Assembly (NCBI GenBank): GCA_038870975.1 | Contig: JAVZJD010000002.1 | Location: 463,626-527,625 of the forward strand | Direction: 5' to 3' | DNA: 64,000 nucleotides | Source of the DNA: Candidatus Bathyarchaeia archaeon | GTDB lineage: Archaea; Thermoproteota; CALKCG01; B24 | Shown here: piece by piece, positions 27,813-37,569 of the stretch | How the letters are laid out: each line of letters opens with the position of its first letter | Numbering within the stretch: position 1 is the stretch's first letter | Program-made: the position numbers and the translations under genes | The notes under the pieces: model-generated | The model's database searches: none | The model's input: only the letters and a program-made list of their open reading frames with translations | What the model was told of the DNA's origin: nothing

Positions 27813-29777
27813 CTAAAGGACCACTTTAAACTTTCGTCTAATAGTCTTTTCAAAACCATTCTTCACGATTTTAACAACTATTTCTCCATTGCGCGTAGGA
27901 TACGTATATGTTGAGAAATATCCGTCATGCACTTCAACGGGTTTACCGTTGACTTCAACGTAAGACCCGTTTTCACATACACCCTTAACTATCACCATGA
28001 TGGGGCCGCTTACGAGAGTCCTCCACTCAGGAGGCTCTGTTAAAACTAATGCTAGAGGTCTACTTTTAATTTCTACAATTTCATCAACTATTTGCCTTCT
28101 GACCTCCATTAGAGTATCAGGGTCTCTAACGTATCCAGTTATGCTTGGCACTGCTCTCATACATATTTCTAAAGCCCTCCTCTCAAAAGGCTCTTTTAGA
28201 GCTCTTTCCCCTAGTGTCTCCTTAACCTTTAAAATCTCCTCCTCTAGAAGCTTAAGATACTCATAGTCTTCAAGTCCATCCCTCATAGCTTCAAGTCTTA
28301 AACTAGAAAGAGGCCCATTTCTCCCAGGATAGGCTATGTGCGTATCCCCAGGTGGTAGATTTGGATTTAATTCGCCAAATGGATCTCTACCCCACCAGTT
28401 GAAACCCCAGTGCAAATACCCTTTAAGACCGTAGGCGTAATTCAGCCAGTGGAGTACCCTAGTTTTAAGTAGAGAAAAGTCGAGAAATCTATTTGGGTAT
28501 CTACCTGTAGGGTTGCAACAGGTGTAGAACCAGACTTCATATTCATCCATCGCTTTGATGTACTCATCCATCCAGTCGTTGAAGTGATGCAATGTTGGAA
28601 CCCAAACCTCTAGAGACCCGTTGAATCCCACGGTTTCAACGGCATCTATCCTCTTAATCCTGGGTGCATGTTTATGGATAAACTCAGAAGCCTTTATCCA
28701 GTTTTCAAGGCCATCTTCAGTAGGCTCATCGGCTATATGTATCATAGCCATGTCAAGCCAACCCTTCTCCTCTAAATGCCTCTCAAGAGCTGGAAGTAAC
28801 AACGGAAGGATCTTCTCCCCGCTCTCACGCTTTACAACGCCATTGGGATGGATTGTATCAAACTCTCTGAAGAGCAGTTCCTTTGCACCCCAAGTCTTAA
28901 AGTGGGCTACATGAGTTATTTCAATCCTATCCGTCTTATACTTAAGCAGAAGCTCAACATATCTATCGAAAATTGAGAAGTCGAACTTATAACTATCATT
29001 CTCCACGAGTATTTTAACCGTATCTATAGGTATCCAGAAGACGTTTTGTCTATGCTCAGCCATAAGTGCTATCCACTTCTCGAAAACACTCCAGAATCCC
29101 TCAGACCACAGTTCAACACCGTAAAATGACGCTATATTCTCTAGTGAAAACCAGTTTGTCACGTAGAGGCTTCTACGGTCTGGCAAAGTTATAGGGTAAA
29201 CGTGTAGAACAACTTCAAGAGAAGCCTCCCCTTCATCAGATGAAATCGTAATTCTACCTGTGTAATCTCCAGGCTCAACATCTCCAGGCACGTACACTAG
29301 AAAATAGCATGGCTGCGTTTCACCGCTTTTAACGTTTACAGTTTCTACGTCGAGTAATGGGTCTGGTGCGTAGAAGGGGGCTATCCTCTCAAGTTCTTCA
29401 GCTGGCGTATTGGGAGTATTCTTTGAAACAGAGATAGACCCTACAAAGTACAGTTGAATATTCTGCTTAGATAACCTGTAGCTTCCACAGGTTAAATCTG
29501 ACGCTTCAAGTCTAACATTGTGAACATCTCGATTTGCATAGATACCGAACATACATCCTTCGTATTCATTCCTAGCGCAACCAATCTCCATACGTTTACC
29601 CACAAACCATTCCTCAGGGACTGTATCCTTATATATCCTCTCGAGAGGCTTGGCAGACCAGACTGAGAAAGGCTTTTTCATAGATGTTTGAAGTTTAACT
29701 AGACCAACGTACCCAGCAATAGAGCCTATAATGACCACCAAGATTAAAATTAATGCATTCCTAGCTTTTAAAAACAT
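27813..29777 (-). CDS. membrane-anchored glycoside-hydrolase-like protein (DUF4091/GH123-like C-terminal region)
   Basis: 654 aa; N-terminal hydrophobic anchor LILILVVIIGSIAGYVGLV; Trp-rich C-terminal block LHWGFNWWGRDPFGE. Confidence 0.45.
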   Translation of the reverse strand: MFLKARNALILILVVIIGSIAGYVGLVKLQTSMKKPFSVWSAKPLERIYKDTVPEEWFVGKRMEIGCARNEYEGCMFGIYANRDVHNVRLEASDLTCGSYRLSKQNIQLYFVGSISVSKNTPNTPAEELERIAPFYAPDPLLDVETVNVKSGETQPCYFLVYVPGDVEPGDYTGRITISSDEGEASLEVVLHVYPITLPDRRSLYVTNWFSLENIASFYGVELWSEGFWSVFEKWIALMAEHRQNVFWIPIDTVKILVENDSYKFDFSIFDRYVELLLKYKTDRIEITHVAHFKTWGAKELLFREFDTIHPNGVVKRESGEKILPLLLPALERHLEEKGWLDMAMIHIADEPTEDGLENWIKASEFIHKHAPRIKRIDAVETVGFNGSLEVWVPTLHHFNDWMDEYIKAMDEYEVWFYTCCNPTGRYPNRFLDFSLLKTRVLHWLNYAYGLKGYLHWGFNWWGRDPFGELNPNLPPGDTHIAYPGRNGPLSSLRLEAMRDGLEDYEYLKLLEEEILKVKETLGERALKEPFERRALEICMRAVPSITGYVRDPDTLMEVRRQIVDEIVEIKSRPLALVLTEPPEWRTLVSGPIMVIVKGVCENGSYVEVNGKPVEVHDGYFSTYTYPTRNGEIVVKIVKNGFEKTIRRKFKVVL

Positions 29778-29815
29778 CCCTGTAAAGACTATTCGTTGAA
29801 GTCGGTTTTTAACGA

Positions 29816-30196
29816 TTACTGTTTCAAAGAAGACTGTTTTCGCGGCTTAACGTAGAGGATTAAAGATAGACAAACGACCATAATAGTGAACCATAAAGCT
29901 AAATCTAAGTAGAGAGCTGTAAGGTTGACTCTCCATACGTCGACTGGTCCGTGGATGGTATTTAGTACATGAGTCCCCCAAACTAGCGGATAGCCGTAGT
30001 CTATATGGACATAATCAGGCCAATTGTACTCAGCACTCGAAGTTAAGGCTGAAGTTACGAATATGCTCCATAAAATTGAAAATATTATTGCTAAAGTATT
30101 CCTTGACATATGCATAAACCAAGAGCGGGATAATATAAGGCTTATGACGAAAGTCATCTGTACACAACGATGAGCGGGTCTAAGATGTAGTAGCAA
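29816..30196 (-). CDS. hypothetical small membrane protein
   Basis: Hydrophobic segments; overlaps the upstream gene by 43 nt, so the start may be an internal Met. Confidence 0.3.
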   Translation of the reverse strand: MLLHLRPAHRCVQMTFVISLILSRSWFMHMSRNTLAIIFSILWSIFVTSALTSSAEYNWPDYVHIDYGYPLVWGTHVLNTIHGPVDVWRVNLTALYLDLALWFTIMVVCLSLILYVKPRKQSSLKQ

Positions 30197-31008
30197 GCCA
30201 TGAGCGAAAACACGTATATTACAGTGTACACTAGAATTCTCATCTTTCTATTTAAAGTTGTCTTTGAAAGCTTCAACTTCAAGCATGGTATTATAAATGG
30301 TACTCTACTCTTGTATTCTAAATATTCTCTGCCGAAAGTTTTTTCTAATTCGACTTCCTCATACTCAGCCAGAAGCAGGTACGAATAGCATAGTGTAAGC
30401 CACATGAAGTAATTTATGAGACGCCATCCTGAAACCGCAAAGCCAAGTGTCCATAGGAATATTCCCAAGTACTGCGGATGTCTTACAATGCCATATAGAC
30501 CTTTTGTCAGTAGCACTCCTTTTCTTCTAGTATGCGATAGTAACTGATATAGACTCAGACTGTAAATAAGCATGCCTATGGTGATAAATATATAGCCTAG
30601 CAACTCTACGGTTAAGCATATTTTTTCATCTTGAAGACGGATAATGCCGTTTATCGCCCTACTGACGAAGTCGAACTCCGTTAATATCAGCCAAGGAGTG
30701 TAGAAAACGCCTATAATCGAGAAGAATAGGATGAACATAGGCATTAAAGTGTTAAAGAGTACCGGAAGATAGAAGACCCATCCTATTAAAGTAACAGACT
30801 TTGAAACTTTAAACTCTAGGAAAAGTGTTAATAGTGCTGAAACAGTGGCTACAAGTCCCAGATACACTAAGAACCAAGCGTCTTCTCTGAAAAACACCAT
30901 GTATGTTTCTGACGGCGGTAGACTAAACCCGAATCTAGAAGTCCAAGTATACACCATAAAGGCTATCACGAAAAGTATGACTATTAACTCGTATCTTTTA
31001 GACGGCAA
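30154..31008 (-). CDS. membrane protein with C-terminal isoprenylcysteine carboxyl methyltransferase (ICMT)-like domain
   Basis: 284 aa, multi-pass; GLYGIVRHPQYLGIFLWTLG ... EYEEVELEKTFGREYLEYKSRVP. Confidence 0.6.
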   Translation of the reverse strand: MPSKRYELIVILFVIAFMVYTWTSRFGFSLPPSETYMVFFREDAWFLVYLGLVATVSALLTLFLEFKVSKSVTLIGWVFYLPVLFNTLMPMFILFFSIIGVFYTPWLILTEFDFVSRAINGIIRLQDEKICLTVELLGYIFITIGMLIYSLSLYQLLSHTRRKGVLLTKGLYGIVRHPQYLGIFLWTLGFAVSGWRLINYFMWLTLCYSYLLLAEYEEVELEKTFGREYLEYKSRVPFIIPCLKLKLSKTTLNRKMRILVYTVIYVFSLMACYYILDPLIVVYR

Positions 31009-31222
31009 TTACATCGGAGGAAGAAGAGCATGTAAAATATAAATACGTTTCTACCTTTTTTCATCCAACTCATTGTGAGAACCAAACGTCAATATATGAA
31101 TGATTAGGATTTAACTTTCAAAAACCTTCTATCCGTCAGAAGTCTGTTAAAAAAAGGAATGTTATAAATGGGGTTGAATTCAACGTTAAAACATCAATCG
31201 CTGACGATTATTTTCCATTGTT

Positions 31223-31852
31223 CTACTTATCACCTTTTGGCTTCAAATAGATCTTGCTACCTATGATAGAATTATTAGGTATTAGTACTCGTACACCATC
31301 AGCCTTTATAACGCTTGTAAACAATGTTGCAATATCATCAACAATACCATCTTCCCCAGCTAAGGTAACAGGATCACCGATTTTAAACGGTCTCGCTACC
31401 AATAGGAACAAACCCGCAATAGCTTGCCCCAACACCTGCTGGCATGCAAAACCTATAACCATACCTAGGAAACCTCCCAAAGCAACACCTGCAACACCTC
31501 CAGCTACACCGCCAGCTATAGCTGCGACAAGGGCGCCAATACCTATTATCCTAACAACGTTTCTAATCGCAGCAGCCGTAGCATGATCGTATTTTGCTTT
31601 CATAGACCAGTAGAAGAACATTGCCACACCGCTAACGATCAAGTATCCAAATGCTACGGCAAGCAATATTTGTACGTATGCGATATAATCTATGAGAGGA
31701 GGCAAAAGACTGGTGAAAATCCATTGAACAATTGCCGCAATAATGACATACAAAACTATGTAGAAGACTATTCTCACCATTGTAGCCGAAGTCTTCTTAG
31801 CGATTTCCTCTTTTCTTAATTCTTCTTGTTTCATTGATTGAACTATTGTCAT
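31223..31852 (-). CDS. small-conductance mechanosensitive channel (MscS) family protein
   Basis: 209 aa; TM helices then FKIGDPVTLAGEDGIVDDIATLFTSVIKADGVRVLIPNNSI beta-domain. Confidence 0.7.
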   Translation of the reverse strand: MTIVQSMKQEELRKEEIAKKTSATMVRIVFYIVLYVIIAAIVQWIFTSLLPPLIDYIAYVQILLAVAFGYLIVSGVAMFFYWSMKAKYDHATAAAIRNVVRIIGIGALVAAIAGGVAGGVAGVALGGFLGMVIGFACQQVLGQAIAGLFLLVARPFKIGDPVTLAGEDGIVDDIATLFTSVIKADGVRVLIPNNSIIGSKIYLKPKGDK

Positions 31853-31967
31853 ATTCTCACTGCTTTAATATTATTTCTACGATGAACTAAAAGTTTTTCT
31901 ATAAAACTAGTCCTCTTTTTCATTAATTTTGAAGTTAAAAACATTTTGATTTTCATTCTATATCAGA

Positions 31968-31977
31968 GATAAAATTT
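31968..31977 (+). promoter_or_regulatory. TATA-box-like element upstream of tRNA-Ala
   Basis: ATAAAATTTA about 30-39 bp upstream of the tRNA 5' end. Confidence 0.3.
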
Positions 31978-32006
31978 ATCAACCACTTCATTTGACTGAT
32001 TCATGT

Positions 32007-32081
32007 GGGCCGGTAGTTCAGCCTGGTATGAATACCTGGCTCGCACCCGGGTGGTCGCGGGTTCAAATCCCGCCCGGTCCA
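32007..32081 (+). tRNA. tRNA-Ala (anticodon CGC)
   Basis: Cloverleaf: acceptor GGGCCGG/CCGGTCC with G3:U70 Ala identity pair, anticodon loop CTCGCAC, T-arm GCGGGTTCAAATCCCGC, followed by T5. Confidence 0.85.
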
Positions 32082-32100
32082 CTTAATTTTTAAGCGGACC
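32076..32100. repeat. hairpin/inverted repeat overlapping the tRNA-Ala 3' end (GGTCCACTTAA-TTT-TTAAGCGGACC)
   Basis: Arms 32076-32086 and 32090-32100 are reverse complements (10/11). Confidence 0.6.
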
Positions 32101-32611
32101 CTTAAACAAAGGAATATCATTTATCCTTTAATTGATGAGCGTTGAGGGCCAAGTCCACTTATTTGCTTGAGGATGAGAGATGCCCAGTGCTAATTCGATA
32201 ATCTGGTGGCTAAGTCTTATTTGATGGCCACTGTTTCGCGAATTGAAAACAGCATGATGTGAGCTTACATTTAGAAATTTAAAGCGATTACAGAGATATT
32301 AAGAAACAGTAAATCACATTAAAAAAGGGATGATTGCTTTCCGTTATAAGTTAATGAGCCTTAAAGCCCATATCATGCTCATCGATCCAGAAATTGAAGA
32401 GTCGACTAGCCACTGGGTCATAGTATAGAATTACCCATCCAATACTGCGCATTGCTCACAACGTTACAAATTTCCGTATAGACTCTATCAGTACATTTCT
32501 CTACTTTCAGCAATGCTTTGAGTAGAACCTTCAAGTCGCTTGGATCTTTTGACAAGTAGTTACTTCAAAAGCGACGCCATCGTAAAGCTTTCTTAATTAT
32601 TTAATTGCATA

Positions 32612-32628
32612 CCGCCTGGTCCGCTTAA
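32612..32628. repeat. direct repeat of the tRNA-Ala 3' end (15/17 match to 32070-32086); arm 32618-32628 is a perfect inverted repeat of 32090-32100
   Basis: CCGCCTGGTCCGCTTAA versus CCGCCCGGTCCACTTAA. Confidence 0.6.
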
Positions 32629-32779
32629 GTTAAAAGTGGAGGATTTTAACTTCAATGTAAGGAGTAGAAAATAAAAATTTACATGGAAAATATTGGAGAA
32701 AATATTATAAAATTAGAATTTCAAAGTTTTTCTATTTTGAAACGACTTTCCCATTCGTGTTCTATATAAATATAATAGA

Positions 32780-33544
32780 ATGATTATAAGTACGATGGCA
32801 TACAAATCCGAGATATCAGTAATAGGGCAGATAGAGACCGGTATTGAAGGCTTAGACCTCCTCCTTAAAGGCGGATTCATAAAAGGGACTACAGCACTCC
32901 TCATAGGACCCGTGGGTACTTTAAAGCCACATATTGGTTTTCAATTTCTTCATACAGGGTTAAAATCCGGAGAAAGGTGCTTCTGTCTAAGTACTACTCA
33001 GGATCTAAAAATTAGAAGCATGCAGTTTAAGATAAACTACGGCTGGGATTTAGAAGGCTATGTGAAAAATGGGAAGCTGGACTTCCTGTACTTTTCGCCG
33101 ATTGCAGTTCAGAGTTCAACCTACAAGTTTGTAGTGAGCGAATCAGGCGGGAGTGATATAATCAGGGAGGTCCTCCATAGGATAACGGGAGACGTCACTA
33201 GAATATTGATTCACACTCTATCTCAACTGTTTAAAATAATAGGCGATGAAAAGTTAGTGCTAAGCCTAGTTTACAGGTTGAAAGAACTAGTTAGGAAGAA
33301 CAACGCAGTAGCAATTTTCACAATCGACAGTGGCATTCAAAACAGTAGTGTAGAAGAAGAAGTTAAGTCGATATGTGACTATGTTCTAGAAACTAGGGAA
33401 TATCAAAGTAGAGTAGAGATACGACTGTTAAAATCACTGACAAGACACGATTTAGAGTGGCGAAGAGTATACACCATGGAGGACGGAGTATACGTTCAGC
33501 AAAACTTGAAGACCCCAGTCCACTACATTAACAATTTAGACTGA
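32780..33544 (+). CDS. KaiC/RecA-superfamily ATPase-like protein with degenerate Walker A and B motifs
   Basis: 254 aa; GLDLLLKGGFIKGTTALLIGPVGTLKP (Walker A lacks canonical GK[ST]) and ILIHTLSQL at the Walker B position (no Asp/Glu). Confidence 0.5.
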   Translation: MIISTMAYKSEISVIGQIETGIEGLDLLLKGGFIKGTTALLIGPVGTLKPHIGFQFLHTGLKSGERCFCLSTTQDLKIRSMQFKINYGWDLEGYVKNGKLDFLYFSPIAVQSSTYKFVVSESGGSDIIREVLHRITGDVTRILIHTLSQLFKIIGDEKLVLSLVYRLKELVRKNNAVAIFTIDSGIQNSSVEEEVKSICDYVLETREYQSRVEIRLLKSLTRHDLEWRRVYTMEDGVYVQQNLKTPVHYINNLD

Positions 33545-33635
33545 TGTCTATCTCTATTTATTTTTGTCAAGGCTGAAAATGGCTGGATTAGACATGTTAA
33601 ACGATCTAACCTAATCGCTTTGCAAGGCAATTCTT

Positions 33636-33869
33636 TTATCCATTGTTTACAGCCAGCCATTGTATACGTGACCATTGTGAGAAGATATTTACTATAGTAC
33701 CAGCCCCTCGTAGAACATGCTTCCAAATTAAAACTGTAGGCAATTCAACGGGTTGTTCGTGGAGTTTAACTTTTCCAATTTCAAAAACACTATGTGCTTT
33801 TCCAAACTTAACAAGTAATTCCATAATCACCAAACTCTATTTAGGAAAATGCGAAAAACTTTTATCGGA
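33636..33869 (-). pseudogene. decayed duplicate of the promoter and first ~55 codons of the mtrH-like gene
   Basis: 33703-33869 aligns to 39324-39492 at about 80% identity; encodes ...FEIGKVKLHEQPVELPTVLI then frameshifts relative to MtrH. Confidence 0.55.
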
Positions 33870-34126
33870 AGATTTCCATTCCTCTTCATTTGAATTCTAG
33901 AAGACCACCTTGCTTCCTCCATCGGTATTAATACAGTCGAGTATAAGCTCTACAAAGCGTGCAATGCTTAGACTCCTGCTATCCGCCTCAGCCTTAAGCT
34001 TTTAAAATTTCACATTTTTCGATTTTCAACACGCTTTTTTTAAGCTTTTATCTTTTTCAGCTCCTTTACCGTTTGATTTATGCATTCTTCGAATCCCCTC
34101 CCAGCCAAGTGGAAGCCGCCTAAAAC

Positions 34127-34192
34127 CGCGTAAACTGCTTCTACGCGTGTAAGTTGCTACGCGTAAAGTATTGTGTTTACTACGCCACGTGG
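34127..34192. repeat. three degenerate tandem units with a CGCGT core
   Basis: CGCGTAAACTGCTTCTA / CGCGTGTAAGTTGCTA / CGCGTAAAGTATTGTGTTTACTA in otherwise AT-rich non-coding DNA. Confidence 0.4.
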
Positions 34193-34441
34193 ACTACTTC
34201 CTAACATTGAACAATATGCTGTGAGCCGCGCCTCTGTCAAAGACGCGAACAAGCATTGAGAAGCATGTTCAGCAATAGGGTAGTGGAAAGCCTTCTCTAC
34301 TCAATCTCTGAAGTCTTTAACCTTCTTACTTGAAGAAGTTGATAAGAGGTCTATGGAATTATCCATGAGACTGATTATCTCTACTCTTTCAGCCTCTCTA
34401 AGCTTTAAAAACTGATTATTTCCTTTCATAGAAGATATTCT

Positions 34442-35041
34442 TTACAGTGTTCCCCTATAATAGATTGTTGCTGGACAGCCGACGCACTTCCCGTCAACGT
34501 ATCTTGCACATGGCTTACAGTCGACCTTACACGGTGCGATACTCCCCCTTCTACTGGCGAGACATTCTCTCACCAGGAGGAATTGTGAAAAGTATATATT
34601 GCTCACTGGGTAAAATTCCGACCTTCTCACACCAGCACCACTTCTGATAGAGCATTTCTCAATAGAGATGCTTTCAAGAGTATTCTGATCCTCAGCGACA
34701 ACAATGGCTATCAAATTATATCCGCCTAAAGTCTTAAATATTTGGACAACTCTCGGACAATATCTAAATCTGTCGAGAAGATTTTGCATCGCCTCAGCAC
34801 TCTCCATCTCAAGTAGAACTATTGCTGTGAAAAGTCTGAAATAGAAGGGGTTTATTAGCGCCAATACTCTAATAGCATCTTGCTCAATAAGCTTCTGAAG
34901 CCTCTTCCTAACCCCCATACTAGTATATTCTGTGACCTCTGCAAGCTCTCCTAATGTTGCTCTCCCATTCAATTGAAGCTTTGAAATAATCTTCCTATCG
35001 ATATCATCCAAGGCTTCCACCTCAGTTTTATTTCTAAACAT
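34442..35041 (-). CDS. Lrp/AsnC-family transcriptional regulator with C-terminal Cys-cluster extension
   Basis: 199 aa; HTH IDRKIISKLQLNGRATLGELAEVTEYTSMGVRKRLQKL, RAM-like middle, C-terminal CKVDCKPCARYVDGKCVGCP. Confidence 0.6.
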   Translation of the reverse strand: MFRNKTEVEALDDIDRKIISKLQLNGRATLGELAEVTEYTSMGVRKRLQKLIEQDAIRVLALINPFYFRLFTAIVLLEMESAEAMQNLLDRFRYCPRVVQIFKTLGGYNLIAIVVAEDQNTLESISIEKCSIRSGAGVRRSEFYPVSNIYFSQFLLVRECLASRRGSIAPCKVDCKPCARYVDGKCVGCPATIYYRGTL

Positions 35042-35044
35042 AAA

Positions 35045-35056
35045 CTATTTAAATAG
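35045..35056. promoter_or_regulatory. perfect 12-bp palindrome CTATTTAAATAG in the divergent promoter between the Lrp-like regulator and the mrp-led operon
   Basis: Self-complementary; located in the 50-bp intergenic region 35042-35091. Confidence 0.4.
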
Positions 35057-35091
35057 CTTATATATTAAACTTTTCAACAGGCAGTTGTGAT

Positions 35092-35937
35092 ATGAACAAC
35101 GAAGTAGAGACAGCAGATAAAGAGAGGACACAGATTGAAGAGCAGGAGCAAATATTAAAGTTTAGAATGGGGAAGATAAAACATAAAATTGCCGTCATAA
35201 GCGGTAAGGGTGGTGTTGGTAAGAGCATGGTTACTGTAAACCTTGCAGTTGCATTTGCAATACGTGGACACATCGATAAAGTTGGAATTCTAGATGCTGA
35301 TATTCACGGTCCAAGCATACCGAAAATGCTGGGGTTAAGCGGTCAAAGACTTCAAGCCGGGCCACCAGGAGTTTTCCCAGCTACCAGCCCCCTGGGGATT
35401 AAGGTTGTTTCAATGGGTTTTCTCCTACCAGATGAAAATACTCCCATCATCTGGCGTGGGCCACTAAAGATGACGGCTATACGACAATTCCTATCAGATG
35501 TTGTTTGGGGTGAACTCGACTTACTGCTGATAGATTTACCACCTGGAACTGGCGATGAGTCTCTGAGCGTAGCACAACTACTGCCAGAGATGGATGGGGT
35601 TGTAATCGTCACAATTCCATCTGAGGTTTCTCAGATAGTTGTTAAAAAGGCAGTTAATTTCGCTAAAAAGCTTGGCCTGCCAGTTATAGGTGTAATTGAA
35701 AACATGAGCGGCTTTATATGTCCAAACTGCGGAGCGAAGATTGACATATTCCGGTCTGGCGGTGGAAAGAAAATAGCTGAGGAAATGGATGTGCCATTCC
35801 TTGGAAGCATACCGGTAGACCAAGAGATATGTGAATCCTCCGATAAAGGCATACCATTCATAGCTGAGCATAAGGATTCACCAGCATCAAAAGCCTTCAT
35901 GGAGATTGTCCAGAGAATCGAGCAAATACTAGAGTAG
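35092..35937 (+). CDS. Mrp/ApbC/NBP35-family iron-sulfur cluster carrier ATPase
   Basis: 281 aa; deviant Walker [15 protein letters not shown] and CPNCG cluster-ligand motif. Confidence 0.85.
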   Translation: MNNEVETADKERTQIEEQEQILKFRMGKIKHKIAVISGKGGVGKSMVTVNLAVAFAIRGHIDKVGILDADIHGPSIPKMLGLSGQRLQAGPPGVFPATSPLGIKVVSMGFLLPDENTPIIWRGPLKMTAIRQFLSDVVWGELDLLLIDLPPGTGDESLSVAQLLPEMDGVVIVTIPSEVSQIVVKKAVNFAKKLGLPVIGVIENMSGFICPNCGAKIDIFRSGGGKKIAEEMDVPFLGSIPVDQEICESSDKGIPFIAEHKDSPASKAFMEIVQRIEQILE

Positions 35938-36060
35938 AGCGAGGTTTGCGAAATCCTAGGTGGAGGTGTAGTCTAAGATGGAGATGTTAGTTGAAAAATA
36001 TATGAAAATTGGAAACTTACGTGTAAAAATCAAGTTTATAGTTATAAGGGAGGTGTAAGA

Positions 36061-36435
36061 TTGGTGGAGAGAATAATCATACCTACTGAAGATGGAAGTG
36101 GGCTTAATGCCAGATTATCTGAACATTTCGGAAGAGCACCATACTTCATCGTAGTTGATCTAGATGAGGATAATAACATTTTGAACGTTCAAGCAGTGCT
36201 AAACACGGGTGAGCACTTCGGTGGAATAGGTCGACCAGCCGATAACATACTGCGGCTTAGACCTAACGCTGTAATCACCTATGGTATGGGTCCACGAGCA
36301 CTAAGTATATTCCAGAACGCTAGAGTTGCTGTGCTGAAGGCTAATGCGAATACTCTCAGGGATGTTATTGAAGCATATAAGCAGGGTGTTCTTAAGGAAC
36401 TCACGGAAGGCTGTCGCTACACCCGCCACAGATAA
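36061..36435 (+). CDS. NifX/NafY-like dinitrogenase FeMo-cofactor-binding-domain protein (Nitro_FeMo-Co family)
   Basis: 124 aa; HFGRAPYFIVVDL and ITYGMGPRA pattern. Confidence 0.7.
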   Translation: MVERIIIPTEDGSGLNARLSEHFGRAPYFIVVDLDEDNNILNVQAVLNTGEHFGGIGRPADNILRLRPNAVITYGMGPRALSIFQNARVAVLKANANTLRDVIEAYKQGVLKELTEGCRYTRHR

Positions 36436-36504
36436 ACAATTACAGGTTAACAGCGGTATAATGTAAACTCTTTAGTCAAGAAGAATGGACGTGAAGCCTC
36501 CTCT

Positions 36505-36798
36505 ATGATATCATTAATTGCTAGTGGTAAAGGCGGAACTGGGAAGACCTCACTCGTAGCTAACATAACCATTTCAGTAAGAGATGACATTCAGATACTG
36601 GATTGCGATGTCGAAGAGTCAAACATACATTTACTTCTACATCCTAAAATAGTCAGCGAGAAAACAGTTTACAATACAATCACCTTTGATCTAAATGTTA
36701 CTGAGGCGATAGTTAATGGAAAAACGATCATAGAATATTCTCCGGAAACTGATGCCTTAAAGGAAATAGAAAGAGTATGGGAAGGATTCTCAGCATAA
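36505..36798 (+). CDS. MinD/CooC-like P-loop ATPase reduced to a 97-aa stub
   Basis: ASGKGGTGKTS P-loop and DCDVEESN motif, but the central region present in full-length family members is missing. Confidence 0.5.
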   Translation: MISLIASGKGGTGKTSLVANITISVRDDIQILDCDVEESNIHLLLHPKIVSEKTVYNTITFDLNVTEAIVNGKTIIEYSPETDALKEIERVWEGFSA

Positions 36799-36840
36799 TT
36801 GGACTTCCTAGAAATAAAAGTTGCTGAGGGGAAACAGTAA

Positions 36841-37530
36841 ATGGTGTCACTAGTATTTGGTCCTGTCCCATCTAGACGTTTAGGGAGAAGTCTAGGGATA
36901 AATAACGTCCCATATAAGACGTGCACATACTCATGCGTCTACTGTCAACTGGGGAAGACAACAAACATGTTTGTTAAAAGACGATGCTTCTATAAACCAG
37001 AGGATATCTTAATAGCGGTTGAAAACAAAGTTAAGGAAATCCTTTCAAAGGGTGAGAGGATAGATTATTTAACTTTTGCCCCAGATGGCGAGCCAACTCT
37101 GGATATTAATATTGGAAGAGGAATATCGCTCGTAAAGCAGATAGACCTCCCAGTAGCAGTAATAACCAATGCTTCCCTACTCTGGAATCGTAGGGTGAGA
37201 GAGAGTCTGCTGGAAGCTGACTTTGTCTCATTAAAGGTTGATGCAGTCAGCCAAGACTTATGGCGGGTGTTGAATAGACCACATAAAAGCCTACAGTTGA
37301 ATGATGTTTTAGAAGGCGTAAGAAAGTTTACAGAAACATTTGAGGGGACAATCATAACCGAAACAATGCTTATCGACGGCATAAAATACGACGAGGAGTT
37401 TAAGCGAATAGCAGACTTTCTTGGAAAACTAGACAAATTAAATACTGCTTATATTGCAGTACCCACAAGACCACCTGCAGAAAAGTGGGTTAAGCCAGCT
37501 AGAAAAGAAGCCTTAAATGAGGCATTTTAA
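36841..37530 (+). CDS. radical SAM enzyme, small (229 aa), family unassigned
   Basis: CTYSCVYC (Cx3Cx2C) cluster motif; N-terminal GPVPSRRLGRSLGIN. Confidence 0.7.
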   Translation: MVSLVFGPVPSRRLGRSLGINNVPYKTCTYSCVYCQLGKTTNMFVKRRCFYKPEDILIAVENKVKEILSKGERIDYLTFAPDGEPTLDINIGRGISLVKQIDLPVAVITNASLLWNRRVRESLLEADFVSLKVDAVSQDLWRVLNRPHKSLQLNDVLEGVRKFTETFEGTIITETMLIDGIKYDEEFKRIADFLGKLDKLNTAYIAVPTRPPAEKWVKPARKEALNEAF

Positions 37531-37569
37531 GCCTTCTCCAAGATACTTGGAAGCTATAGGGTAAAATTC

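Noticed and set aside
33545-33700. Short matches between 22086-22135 and 33641-33686 built around CCATTGT
   Set aside because: Segments are in different order and rely on a repeated 7-mer; consistent with chance
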